Source of the DNA: Candidatus Iainarchaeum sp.
Lineage (GTDB): Archaea; Iainarchaeota; Iainarchaeia; Iainarchaeales; JAAZKV01
NCBI GenBank assembly: GCA_028702895.1
Contig: JAQVNZ010000002.1
Coordinates: 9,296-73,295, forward strand
Direction of reading: 5' to 3'
DNA length: 64,000 bases
How positions within the stretch are numbered: the stretch's first letter is position 1; each line of letters opens with the position of its first letter. Both the position numbers and the translations under genes were made by a program. The notes under the pieces were generated by a model. The model saw only the letters and a program-made list of their open reading frames with translations. It was not told the origin of the DNA and ran no database searches. Positions 40,930 through 51,048 of this stretch are shown piece by piece.

Positions 40930-41071
40930 ACATATGCTTGTTTAACAAACATTTATAAACGCTTTTCTTTTATTAACTGGAACAAGTTATGTGTGATTTT
41001 TTATTTTTTTGTTAAAATGGGTATTTTTCAGGATTATGCTTAATTAAATCCGTTTTGCAAAAAGTTTATCT

Positions 41072-42022
41072 TTAAGAAATAATCTTTTTCTTTATTTTTT
41101 TGGTTGATTTTTTTATGAAATGTGTTTTATTATTATTTAAAATTAGATATAACATTGTGGTTACATTAAGTTGTATAATTAATAAATATCCTGCAATTAA
41201 ATAAAGTGGCGTCATTAACAAATTATAAGTTGGATCAAACATTAAATTTAATCCAAGCGTTTCTGCTTGTTCTATTGCTGGGGGAGTAATTGCTGTTAAT
41301 GTAGAATATGCTGTCAAAGGCATTGTAAAAATAAGTGTAATAACATAAATTATTGTAAAAAAAACTACTTGAATAACTATAATGTTTAGAATGTTATTTT
41401 TTGTAATATTCCAAGATTCGTTTAGCGCTTTTTTTATTTCACCAGTTTGCACTATGGAAATTTGTGATAAACTTAATCTGATTAATTGATAAGAAATTAT
41501 TGCAAAATAAAGTAATCCCATTAGAAACCCGATTAAAATTAATATGCTTCCAAGTGCTAGGTTTGTTAGAATAGTAAATATTCCAATTGATAATACAGCT
41601 ATTGAAATTATTCCTATTAATAAAAATTTTATTTTAAATAAAGATAGGCTTGCTGTTAAAAATATTATTAATGGCATTAACAAGAATTTAATATATTGTA
41701 TTAAATCTAATTTTTTAGTTTTAATTTTTTTTGTATTTAATATTTCTTGTGTTATTTTATATTCAAAAAAAACTATAATTAAACTAATTGGCATAGAAAT
41801 AATGATTATTAATAAAACAAAATTTACTATTGTTTGAATAAAATCAATTGGTTGGTTTTCTATTATGCTTGTGGAAAAATAATTAATTAAACCCAAATAT
41901 CCTAAAAAGAAAATTAGGTAGATTATAGTTATTATTATTAAATATTTTTTTAATTTTTTGATTTTTAAAAAATCAATTAAACTAAATTTAAAAATTTCAT
42001 TAATGCTTTTGCCTAAATCCAT
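41072..42022 (-). CDS. Multi-pass hypothetical membrane protein
   Basis: About 7 hydrophobic segments; ALNESWNITK motif. Confidence 0.75.
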   Translation of the reverse strand: MDLGKSINEIFKFSLIDFLKIKKLKKYLIIITIIYLIFFLGYLGLINYFSTSIIENQPIDFIQTIVNFVLLIIIISMPISLIIVFFEYKITQEILNTKKIKTKKLDLIQYIKFLLMPLIIFLTASLSLFKIKFLLIGIISIAVLSIGIFTILTNLALGSILILIGFLMGLLYFAIISYQLIRLSLSQISIVQTGEIKKALNESWNITKNNILNIIVIQVVFFTIIYVITLIFTMPLTAYSTLTAITPPAIEQAETLGLNLMFDPTYNLLMTPLYLIAGYLLIIQLNVTTMLYLILNNNKTHFIKKSTKKIKKKIIS

Positions 42023-42104
42023 ACTATATTATTGTCTTTTAAGTATTTAAATAATTAAGTATTCTAATAAATTAAATTTTTTTGCGAATAAAGATTTTTA
42101 TTTT

Positions 42105-42135
42105 AAAAAAAGAAAAAGTGAAGCTTTCGCTTCAC
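42105..42135 (-). terminator. Intrinsic-type terminator after DUF4013 gene
   Basis: GTGAAGC-GAAA-GCTTCAC then TTTTTCTTTTTTT. Confidence 0.7.
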
Positions 42136-42145
42136 AATTTATTAA

Positions 42146-42802
42146 TTATTTGTATGCTTCAGCTACTAAAGTTATAAAGAACACGTATATTACGAATCCT
42201 AATACTGCTGAAACGATATAGAATATTGCTCCTGCTCCTAAAAGTGCTCCTAGCATATTCATTAATTGTGCAGGGTCTACCATTAATGTTGGTAACAATG
42301 CTGCTCCAAATATTGCTATTAGTATTCCTGAAACAAGTCCTGATATTATCATTGAGATAATTGCGGCTACTATTACTGCAATTATGAAATCAGGTTTCAT
42401 TGCTTTTTTTACTAGTTCTGGAACATTAATTGCTGCTACTATACTTTTAGTTTTTGCTAGAGTTAATACTCCTGAAACCATTATGAACATGAATACTATC
42501 ATCCAAACAAAAGCCAAAATTGGGCCTATGATAGGAATGAATGCTAGAATTGTTGCAACTATTGTGAATAGTATTCCGTGAATAAATAATGTTACTATTG
42601 CTTTTAAACTATCAACAACTAATTCCCCAAAATTTTCAAATTTTGGTAATTTTTTGTCACCTTTCATAGTTTTGCTAGCAAGTTTCAATATGTATCCTGG
42701 AATTGTTAATATGTTAACAAGCGGTATTATCATTAAAATCATACCTATTGCTAGTGTTTTCATATCTCCAAATGGTTTTTTTATTGCTGTTTGTAAATCC
42801 AT
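42146..42802 (-). CDS. DUF4013 family membrane protein
   Basis: AIKKPF, IPLVN..GY, LPKFENFGEL. Confidence 0.8.
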   Translation of the reverse strand: MDLQTAIKKPFGDMKTLAIGMILMIIPLVNILTIPGYILKLASKTMKGDKKLPKFENFGELVVDSLKAIVTLFIHGILFTIVATILAFIPIIGPILAFVWMIVFMFIMVSGVLTLAKTKSIVAAINVPELVKKAMKPDFIIAVIVAAIISMIISGLVSGILIAIFGAALLPTLMVDPAQLMNMLGALLGAGAIFYIVSAVLGFVIYVFFITLVAEAYK

Positions 42803-42870
42803 TTTATTACCTCCTTTGCCTTTTACTTTATTATATCATGCAAAAACCCATATTTAAAGGTTCTTGTTTG

Positions 42871-44019
42871 TCAACCTTTACAATTAATAATTGGTTTTAG
42901 TTTTTTTAATATTTTAATACTTTTTTCTTGGGCCTTCATAACTTCATCTATTTTTTTGTAAGCAAAAGGACTCTCATCAATAGTTTTGTTTTCAATTGTT
43001 GCAGTAATTCCGCGCATAGTTTTTTGGAATTCTGTTAAATTAATAGTTTCTTTAGCTTGTCTTTTAGACATGCTTCTTCCTGCTCCGTGGCTCGATGATT
43101 CTAAAAAATCTTTATTTCCTTTTCCAATTACTAAATAACAACCATCTCGCATATTTGCGGGAATAACTCCTTTTTCTCCTTTTTTACTAGGGGTAGCTCC
43201 TTTTCGATGAATAAATTTATTTGTTTTTCCAATTCTTTCTGCGTGATTATGATTTTTATTAGTCCAAATATTCCATTTTAATTTTTCATTTAAAATCAAT
43301 TCAATAATATTTAAAACATTTTTTGTCATTTCTATTCTATTAAGTAAAGCAAATTCTAAACAAAAATCTAAAATATTTAAATATTCTTTTCCTAGAATGC
43401 TATTTGTTTTTATTGCAAAAGTTCTCTCTGCATTTCCTGTTGCATTTTGTAATTCCATAGCCTTTTTCATATAATGTCCTGCAATACGATGGCCTACATG
43501 TCTTGATCCGCTATGAATTATTAACCAAACCTCGTCTTTATAATAATCTATTTCAATAAAATGATTTCCGTGTCCTAGTGTTCCTAAATTACTTAAAGCT
43601 TTTCGTTTTAACCATTTTAATAATTCTTTATCATGTTCTTTTTTTTCTAATTTTTTTAATAATTCTAAAAAATCTTTTTTTGTTTCTTTGCTTACTTTAT
43701 GTTCTGCGTTTAATTTGCCTAATCCCATAGGGATATTTGAATTAATTTCATCAAATATTTTTTTCCTGTTTTTTTTAATTTTTTCTAAAATATTTTTTCC
43801 ACTAATCTTTGTAGCAGTTACACCACAACCAATATCATATCCTACCCAAGAAGGTACAACAAAATCTTTTGTTATTAGAACTGCGCCAATAGGGGCCACG
43901 TAACCAAAATGTGCATCAGGCATTAATGCGCCATCTATTACAAATTCTTCTTTTAAACAATCCGTGAATTGTTTTAAAGTAGGCTCGTCAATATTTTTTG
44001 CGAAAATTTTATTCATCAT
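42871..44019 (-). CDS. rtcB: RtcB family RNA ligase (short, bacterial-like)
   Basis: MPDAH, VGYDIGCG, GTLGHGNHFIE, HSGSR, HRKGAT, SHGAGR, DESPFAYK. Confidence 0.95.
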   Translation of the reverse strand: MMNKIFAKNIDEPTLKQFTDCLKEEFVIDGALMPDAHFGYVAPIGAVLITKDFVVPSWVGYDIGCGVTATKISGKNILEKIKKNRKKIFDEINSNIPMGLGKLNAEHKVSKETKKDFLELLKKLEKKEHDKELLKWLKRKALSNLGTLGHGNHFIEIDYYKDEVWLIIHSGSRHVGHRIAGHYMKKAMELQNATGNAERTFAIKTNSILGKEYLNILDFCLEFALLNRIEMTKNVLNIIELILNEKLKWNIWTNKNHNHAERIGKTNKFIHRKGATPSKKGEKGVIPANMRDGCYLVIGKGNKDFLESSSHGAGRSMSKRQAKETINLTEFQKTMRGITATIENKTIDESPFAYKKIDEVMKAQEKSIKILKKLKPIINCKG

Positions 44020-44070
44020 AAATTATTTGGGTTAAATAATGTTTAAAATAGTGTTTAAATATTTTATTTT

Positions 44071-44140
44071 AAATTACTATTTGAATTTGGCATATTTCTT
44101 AAATTACTATTTGGTTTTGGTATATTTTTTAAATTATTAG
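44071..44140. repeat. 30-bp tandem direct repeat (2 copies + partial) upstream of rtcB
   Basis: aaattactatttgaatttggcatatttctt / aaattactatttggttttggtatatttttt, 26/30 identical. Confidence 0.7.
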
Positions 44141-44167
44141 TTAGTTTTTTAGGTTTGGTTTTTTTAG

Positions 44168-44683
44168 TTAGGTGATATTTATTTGGATTTTTTTCCCAAC
44201 ATCAATTCCTTTTGGTATATCTAGTTTTGCTTCAATAAACCATTTTGTGTATTGATTGCCAATTGTGAACATTTTTAGAGTATTTGCTATTCCACTCATT
44301 GGTCCTTCCATTTTACTTTGTGTGTTTTGGTTTGGCACATTTATTTTAAAATCATAATTATATTCTTGTATTCCATATTCTTTTTCACCATCTATTTGTT
44401 GTGTGAATTCAAATGCTCTAGTAGTTGTTTTACTAGTTCCTATTCCGCCAATACTAGTACTGGTTTTTCTTCCGCTTATTGGTTGCATTCCAAACACGCC
44501 TATTCCGCCAATATTAGCATTTTGTGTTGTTTGTTCTGCAAATATTGTTAGAAATATTCCCTTTGCGTTAGCTGGTTTTTTTAATTTCATTTTAAGATTT
44601 CCTTCTATTACTTCTCCTTGTGTAAAATTAAATTTGTTTAAATTTAATTCTATTTTTCCTTTTTCAAATAAACCAAATACCAT
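44168..44683 (-). CDS. Arrestin-N/SpoOM-like beta-sandwich protein
   Basis: GEVIEG.L.....P..AKGI, Y.FKI..P, WFIEAKLDIP. Confidence 0.6.
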   Translation of the reverse strand: MVFGLFEKGKIELNLNKFNFTQGEVIEGNLKMKLKKPANAKGIFLTIFAEQTTQNANIGGIGVFGMQPISGRKTSTSIGGIGTSKTTTRAFEFTQQIDGEKEYGIQEYNYDFKINVPNQNTQSKMEGPMSGIANTLKMFTIGNQYTKWFIEAKLDIPKGIDVGKKIQINIT

Positions 44684-44825
44684 TTTTGTGCAACTCCTTT
44701 AACTAATTTATAGATTAGTGTTGTTTTGGGGTATTTAAACTTTTTTAAAAATAGTTATGTATACACTTTTGTGTTTTGTTAAGATGAATTATTTTATTAG
44801 AATTAATTTTAAAAGAATTATTTCT

Positions 44826-45134
44826 TTATGCTTTTATTTCTATTTCAAGGTGTACTTCTTCTGGTATTTCTACTCGCATAACTCTTTTTAGTGTTCTTTC
44901 GTCAGCTTGGATGTCAAGTAATCTTTTATGAATTCTTAATTGCCATCTCTCGTATGTTTCTGTTCCACCACCACAAGGACTTTTTCTTGTTGGTATAATT
45001 AGTTTTTTTGTAGGTAATGCTATTTTTCCTGAGTGTTTTGCTCCAGTTCGTTCTGTAACATCTAGTATTTTATTGCATATTTCTTCTAGTTTTTTATAAT
45101 CTGTACTTGATAATTTTATTCTTGCTGTTTGCAT
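44826..45134 (-). CDS. rps10: 30S ribosomal protein S10
   Basis: LPTKKL, RKSPCGGG, IHKRL. Confidence 0.97.
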   Translation of the reverse strand: MQTARIKLSSTDYKKLEEICNKILDVTERTGAKHSGKIALPTKKLIIPTRKSPCGGGTETYERWQLRIHKRLLDIQADERTLKRVMRVEIPEEVHLEIEIKA

Positions 45135-45164
45135 TTGTTTCACCTACTTTTTTATATTAAATAT

Positions 45165-45205
45165 AAAATTGATGTGAAGAATAGCCCTCACACCAAATCA
45201 ATTTT
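45165..45205 (-). terminator. Bulged hairpin between tuf and rps10 (attenuator/stabiliser)
   Basis: AAAAUUGAU[UUGGU]GUGAGGG-CUAU-UCUUCAC-AUCAAUUUU; G-U pairs favour minus strand. Confidence 0.45.
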
Positions 45206-45208
45206 CAT

Positions 45209-46474
45209 TTATTCTTTTTTTTCTACTTCCAAAATTATTCCTGCTGCTACGGTTTGACCCATATCTCTTATTGCGAATCTTCCTAATTGTGGAAATTCAG
45301 AGAATTTTTCAGCACAAACTGGTTTTACTGGAACAATTTTTACTATTGCAGCATCTCCTGTTTTTAAGAATTTTGGATTTACTTCTGCTACTGCTCCTGT
45401 TTTTGGATCCAATCTTTTTTGGATTTCAGTTAATGTCATTGACATTTGTGCAGTGTGTAAGTGGAATACTGGAGTGTATCCTACTGGTATTGCTGTTGGA
45501 TGATTTAATACAACAATTTGTGCAGTAAATGATTTTACTACTGTTGGTTTATTTGTTACTGGTCCAATTACATCTCCTCTTGCAATATCTTGTGTTCCGA
45601 TTCCTCTTATAGAGAATCCAATATTGTTTCCAGGTCTAGCTTCAGATAATTTTTCGTGGTGTTCTTCAATATCTTTTACTTCTCCTTCTTTTCCAGAAGG
45701 CATTACCACTACTTTTGTACCTGATTTTAAGATTCCTGTTTCAACTCTTCCAACTGGAATTGCTCCAACACCTTTTATATTGTAAACATCTTGAACTGGT
45801 ATTCTTAATGGTTTATCAATTGGTGATGGTGGTGCGATTAAATCGTCCAAAGTTTCTAATAATGTTTTTGGAGCATATTTTAAGTTATCAGTTTTATTAA
45901 CAACATTATCTCCTTTCCATGATGAGATTGGTACAACTTTTATATTATCTGGTTTGTATCCAACTCCTAATAACATTTTTGTCATTTGATCAGCAACTTC
46001 TTTGAATTTTGCTTCTTCATAATTTACTTCGTCCATTTTGTTAACGGCTACTACTACTTGTCTAATACCCATTACTTGTGCTAGGAAGGCGTGTTCTTTT
46101 GTTTGAGGTTGTGGTCCTTCTTTACATGCAACTACTAATACAGCAGCGTCTGCTTGTGAAGTTCCTGTTATCATGTTTTTTACGAAGTCCCTGTGTCCAG
46201 GTGCATCAATAATTGTAAACATATGTTTTTTTGCTTCGAATTTTTTGTAAGAAACATCTATTGTTACTCCTCTTTCTCTTTCTTCTTTAAGGTTGTCCAT
46301 CGCGTATGCGAAAGCAAATGTTCCTTTACCTTTTTCTTTTGCAATTTCTTCTAGTTTTCTATATTCTTGTTCGCTTAAAGCCCCACCATCATATAATAAT
46401 CTACCAACTGAAGTAGATTTACCATGATCAACGTGACCAATGAAAACTATGTTAATTAATTCTTTTCCTGCCAT
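45209..46474 (-). CDS. tuf: Elongation factor 1-alpha
   Basis: [35 protein letters not shown]. Confidence 0.98.
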   Translation of the reverse strand: MAGKELINIVFIGHVDHGKSTSVGRLLYDGGALSEQEYRKLEEIAKEKGKGTFAFAYAMDNLKEERERGVTIDVSYKKFEAKKHMFTIIDAPGHRDFVKNMITGTSQADAAVLVVACKEGPQPQTKEHAFLAQVMGIRQVVVAVNKMDEVNYEEAKFKEVADQMTKMLLGVGYKPDNIKVVPISSWKGDNVVNKTDNLKYAPKTLLETLDDLIAPPSPIDKPLRIPVQDVYNIKGVGAIPVGRVETGILKSGTKVVVMPSGKEGEVKDIEEHHEKLSEARPGNNIGFSIRGIGTQDIARGDVIGPVTNKPTVVKSFTAQIVVLNHPTAIPVGYTPVFHLHTAQMSMTLTEIQKRLDPKTGAVAEVNPKFLKTGDAAIVKIVPVKPVCAEKFSEFPQLGRFAIRDMGQTVAAGIILEVEKKE

Positions 46475-46738
46475 TTTTTACACCTCGTATTTACCTTCCT
46501 TTTAAACATAAACCCCATTCTTTTGGGTAACCTTGATTAATTTTCGTTAAAAAAGCTTTATAAAGCTTCTCTTAAATTTCGATTTATTATACTATTTAAT
46601 TTAGTTAGAATAGTTTTTTAATTCAATCTTGATTTTTGTTTTTAAAAGTAATACTATTTGCGTGATTTATTTTAATTTTTATAAATATTTTATTTAAATT
46701 TTTTAAATATCTTATTTAACTTTTTATGCGTGTTTGTT

Positions 46739-48709
46739 TTAACCAGCGCCTCCGCCTCCTCCACCGCCTCCGCCCCCACCACTACTTCCTCCTCCACTAA
46801 ATCCACTTGAACCTGATGTGGAATCAGCGTGACTAAATGCACTTGAGAAAGAGTTTCCAATTGAAGCGAAATCTCCTGCTGAAAAAGATGCGTAAGTTCC
46901 AACAAAAATTGTGGAGTTAAAAGAATCTTCTTTTGGAAAAACTAGTTTAATTGCTTTTTCAACAGCTTTTCCTTCGCCTATTGCAGCAGCATAAACAAGA
47001 TATTTTTCCCATAACACAATTGAATGTGGGGGTTTATCTTGTATTTTTGTCATATCCTGTAAGAATCTTTTAAAATTATTCCATTTATGGTAGTGAAGTG
47101 TGCCTTTTTTTGTTCGTGAGATTAGTGTTTGAGTAAAAACTATTGGGAAAATTATTGTGCTAAGAATAGCAATTCCAAATCCACCAAAAAAATACAACAT
47201 TATTATATTAAAAATAATTGAGCCTCCAATGTAATAATATAATCCTTTTGGTTTTTCATCAAAATCCATTTTTTTGTATTCTTTTTTTGCTGTTGTTTTC
47301 CAATGTATAAACCATTCTTCTGCAAAAGAGTTGTGGGTTTGTAAAAAAATTTTTATTTTGCTTATTGTTAAACTGTTTGGGGTTTTCTCTTTTTTCTTTT
47401 TGATAATATGTTTTTCCCAGAGTGTTTGTGAATCATCTTCTGCTATCCGAATTAATAAATCATAAATGTGTTGTTGGCTTGGTTCTAAAGTTATTGTGTT
47501 AATTTTTTCTCTATTTAAATTAATCACAAAATCGTCTTCGTTTTGAGAATTTTTTTCTATGGTTAATAATCCTTTTAATCCAAGATAAAGTATTTCTGCG
47601 CCAATAACTTTTGCAGAAGGGGTTTTTGAAAAAAAGTTTAATAATAAATTTACTGTTGTTGGAGAATAATCGTAAGGGATATCTCTTTCGTAAATTGCAT
47701 AATAATCAATTTTTGGTTCTTTTCCAAATTTATACCAGCATAAAATAAAAAGTATTGCAGGGACTAAAAAAGAAATTAACATTATTATTTCATTTGTACT
47801 TGTGAAATAAATTATTGGGAAAAATGTTGTAAATATAAAAATAATTATTATTTTAGACAGTCTTGTAAAAAGAATACTTTTTGATTCTTTATAAACAATC
47901 ATTGTAATAAAAATCATGGCTATTACAATAAAATAAATAAATATTACAAAATTAAAAATTTTTTGCGGATCATTAAAATTACTATTTGAATTAGGATTTG
48001 TTGTTGTGACTGGGTAAGTTGAATTATTTTCTGTACTTGGATAATTTGGATTATTTTCTTCTTTTATTATTCTTTCTAATGCAAACTCATTTTTTTTATT
48101 AATAATTAATTGTTCTGCTGGGAATAATAATCTTATTTCAACCCAGCTCTGTGCTGGAATATTAAATGCTTGAAATATTAATTTTTGATTATCAATTAAA
48201 CCGATTTTTCCATTTATTTCAGGGTGTCCCCAAGAGTATACTTCATTTGTATCATTAACTTTTTTTGGTAATAATATAAATCCAGTTAATTCTTTTACTG
48301 ATTTTTCCCAACCATTGCCCCACACTTTAAAATAAAATTCGCTTATATCAGAGTATGCTGTTATAGCATTGTTTAATTCATAAGAAATTCTAAAAGTTTT
48401 AATTTCATTACTTGCTTTAAAATACCATTTATATTGAATAGAATTATTTTGTTGAATATTATCATAATTTAATTCTTTTTCTCCATCAAAGATTTTAATA
48501 TTAGAATAATTCCAATATCCTTTGTCTAGGTTACGATAAGCAAAACTAAACTCGCCATTAAAATTAAATGTAACATATTCGTTAACAAAAATAGTCCCAG
48601 TTTCTGTAATATCAAATTCAACATTAGCTTTATCAATAGTGTAACTTTTAGAACTAGCAAATGAAATTAGGATAATTAAGAAAATAATTAGAAAAATCTT
48701 TTTGTTCAT
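46739..48709 (-). CDS. DUF2207 family membrane protein
   Basis: Signal peptide, EIRLLFP, WEKYLVYAAAIG, Gly-rich C-terminus. Confidence 0.9.
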   Translation of the reverse strand: MNKKIFLIIFLIILISFASSKSYTIDKANVEFDITETGTIFVNEYVTFNFNGEFSFAYRNLDKGYWNYSNIKIFDGEKELNYDNIQQNNSIQYKWYFKASNEIKTFRISYELNNAITAYSDISEFYFKVWGNGWEKSVKELTGFILLPKKVNDTNEVYSWGHPEINGKIGLIDNQKLIFQAFNIPAQSWVEIRLLFPAEQLIINKKNEFALERIIKEENNPNYPSTENNSTYPVTTTNPNSNSNFNDPQKIFNFVIFIYFIVIAMIFITMIVYKESKSILFTRLSKIIIIFIFTTFFPIIYFTSTNEIIMLISFLVPAILFILCWYKFGKEPKIDYYAIYERDIPYDYSPTTVNLLLNFFSKTPSAKVIGAEILYLGLKGLLTIEKNSQNEDDFVINLNREKINTITLEPSQQHIYDLLIRIAEDDSQTLWEKHIIKKKKEKTPNSLTISKIKIFLQTHNSFAEEWFIHWKTTAKKEYKKMDFDEKPKGLYYYIGGSIIFNIIMLYFFGGFGIAILSTIIFPIVFTQTLISRTKKGTLHYHKWNNFKRFLQDMTKIQDKPPHSIVLWEKYLVYAAAIGEGKAVEKAIKLVFPKEDSFNSTIFVGTYASFSAGDFASIGNSFSSAFSHADSTSGSSGFSGGGSSGGGGGGGGGGGAG

Positions 48710-48796
48710 CTAATTAATTTTGTATTAAAGAGTATTTAATATTTTCGAAGAAATTTGGTTTAATATTTTTTGGGTGAATTTATTTTTTTTAAAAAG

Positions 48797-50989
48797 TTAG
48801 TCAATGAAAAATTGCCATGGTTTTACATCTTCTGGCATTCCTTTTCTTTTTCTAATTTCTTTTATTGTTTGTTGTTGTAATTCTGTTGGTAATTTTTCGT
48901 AACCGTGATATTCTGCTGTCCAAACAGCTCTTCCTTGTGTTGCGCTTCGCATTGCATTAGAGAATCCAATTAATTCTTTTACTGGTGCTTTGCTAATAAT
49001 TATTGATGAGTCTCCTTCTGTTCTCATTTCAGTAATTTGTACTCTTCTAGATCCAAGTTCTCTTGATGCTGATCCCATTTGATTTTCAGGCACGCTTAAA
49101 GTTAGTAATTGTTTTGGTTCAAATAATTCTACTCCGCCTTGTAACATGCATGCATAAACTCCTCTTGTAATAGCAGGTATTATTTGTGCAGGTCCACGAT
49201 GTATTGAATCCTCGTGTAATGTTGCGTCTATTAATTCAAACATTACTCCTTGACATCTTTCTTTTGCTAAAGGTCCATCATTCATTGCGTCAATAAATGA
49301 TTGTACTAATAATTCTCTTATTTCGTTTAATGCTACAATTCCTCTTGTTCTATCTACTAAAACATTTGATCCACTAACTGCCCATATTTTTCTCGCAGTA
49401 TCAGTGTCAAACCCAAGTGCTTTTAATTTATCAACACTTTCAGCGTGTTTTGGTTTAATTTTTCCATTTAAATTTGTTTCTAATAATTTTTCAAAAATTT
49501 CTCCTGTTATTGGAGTTACTTTTATTTTAAATTTGTTATGTTTATTTGGACTCTTTGCTTCAAGTACTTCACTTTCTCCTTTTAATGCTTCATGATATAC
49601 TACTATTGGAGAAGATGTTTCTACATCCAATTTATGATTATTTTTTATTCTATAAATATTTACTTCTAAATGTAATTCTCCCATTCCGCTAAGCAAGTGT
49701 TCGCCAGTTTCTTGGTTTATTGTTGCTTGTAGATTAGGATCTTCTTTTGATAATTTTTTTAATACTTCAATTAATTTTGGTAAATCTTTAGGATTTTTAG
49801 CTTCTATACTAATCGTCATTACTGGTTTAGCATTACTCATAAAACTTTCAAAACTCTTCATTTCTATTGTTGAAACAGTTTCACCAGCATAAATATCTTT
49901 TGCGCCTACAATCGCTGCAATATTTCCTGCACTAGCTTTTTGTATTGTTAAAAAATCACCGCTCATATATATTCCTAATTTTTGGACTTTTATTTTTTGT
50001 CCAGTTGATAATAAAGTTACTTCGTCTCCTGATTTTAAACTTCCAGAATATATTCTTCCTGTTGCAACATCTCCTGCGTGTTGATCAACACTAACATCTG
50101 TAATAACCATTCCTAATGCGCCACTAGCATCACAATTAAGCATTGATTTTCCAATTGCTGTTTCTTCATCTCCGCCCCAAATTTTTTTAATCCTGTATTT
50201 TTGTGATTGCATTGGTGAAGGTAAATGATCTATTACCATTTGTAATACTGCTTCATGAACTGGAGATTTTTTTGCTAATTCGTCTTGTTGTCCATTCTTC
50301 ATGTATTCATAAACTTGTTTAAATGTAACACCTGATTTTTTTATGTATGGTGCTGAAACACCCCATTTTTTCATTGCAGATCCAAATGCAACAGTTCCTT
50401 TTTCTATTCCCACTTGCCATTCATTTTTGAATTCTTCTGGAGCATTTCTTTCAATTAGAGTATTAACGTGTTTTATTACTTTAATGAATTTTTCTTGCAT
50501 TTGTTGTTCTGTAGCGTTTAATTCGCTTATAATTCTATCAACTTTATTAATAAATAAAACTGGTTTAACATATTCTTTTAATGCTTGTCTGATTACAGTT
50601 TCTGTTTGAGGCATTACTCCTTCAACAGAATCAACAACTAATATTACTCCATCAACTGCTCTCATTGCTCTAATAACTTCTCCAGTAAAATCAACGTGTC
50701 CTGGTGTGTCAATAAGATTAATTAAATGTTCTTTTCCTTCCCAAGGGTAAACTAAAGAAATATTTGCTGCGTTAATAGTTATTCCTCGATCTTGTTCTTG
50801 ATCTTCATAATCCATTAATTGTACTTCGCCTGATAATTCTGAATTAATTAGTCCTGCTGCTGCAATTAGTGAGTCGCTTAGAGTAGTTTTTCCATGATCT
50901 ATGTGTGCTACTGTTCCAATATTTCTAATATTTTCTCTGGTTTTCATTAAGTTTTGTACTACTTCAACCATGTCTTCTTTTCTTCCCAT
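48797..50989 (-). CDS. fusA: Elongation factor 2
   Basis: AHIDHGKTT, RGITI, DTPGHVDF, diphthamide loop HRGPAQ intact. Confidence 0.98.
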   Translation of the reverse strand: MGRKEDMVEVVQNLMKTRENIRNIGTVAHIDHGKTTLSDSLIAAAGLINSELSGEVQLMDYEDQEQDRGITINAANISLVYPWEGKEHLINLIDTPGHVDFTGEVIRAMRAVDGVILVVDSVEGVMPQTETVIRQALKEYVKPVLFINKVDRIISELNATEQQMQEKFIKVIKHVNTLIERNAPEEFKNEWQVGIEKGTVAFGSAMKKWGVSAPYIKKSGVTFKQVYEYMKNGQQDELAKKSPVHEAVLQMVIDHLPSPMQSQKYRIKKIWGGDEETAIGKSMLNCDASGALGMVITDVSVDQHAGDVATGRIYSGSLKSGDEVTLLSTGQKIKVQKLGIYMSGDFLTIQKASAGNIAAIVGAKDIYAGETVSTIEMKSFESFMSNAKPVMTISIEAKNPKDLPKLIEVLKKLSKEDPNLQATINQETGEHLLSGMGELHLEVNIYRIKNNHKLDVETSSPIVVYHEALKGESEVLEAKSPNKHNKFKIKVTPITGEIFEKLLETNLNGKIKPKHAESVDKLKALGFDTDTARKIWAVSGSNVLVDRTRGIVALNEIRELLVQSFIDAMNDGPLAKERCQGVMFELIDATLHEDSIHRGPAQIIPAITRGVYACMLQGGVELFEPKQLLTLSVPENQMGSASRELGSRRVQITEMRTEGDSSIIISKAPVKELIGFSNAMRSATQGRAVWTAEYHGYEKLPTELQQQTIKEIRKRKGMPEDVKPWQFFID

Positions 50990-51048
50990 TATTGCTCACC
51001 TAATTTTTTTTTAAAATAAATTTATTATTTAAATAATTTTTTTATTAT

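Noticed and set aside
44071-44140. Possible CRISPR mini-array
   Set aside because: Repeats are contiguous with no spacers and no cas genes.
46690-46905. 71-aa ORF overlapping the DUF2207 3' end
   Set aside because: Alternative frame of the Gly/Ser-rich tail; the GC-rich patch is explained by poly-Gly codons.
48797-50989. Diphthamide-less EF-2 variant
   Set aside because: The HRGPAQ target loop is canonical.
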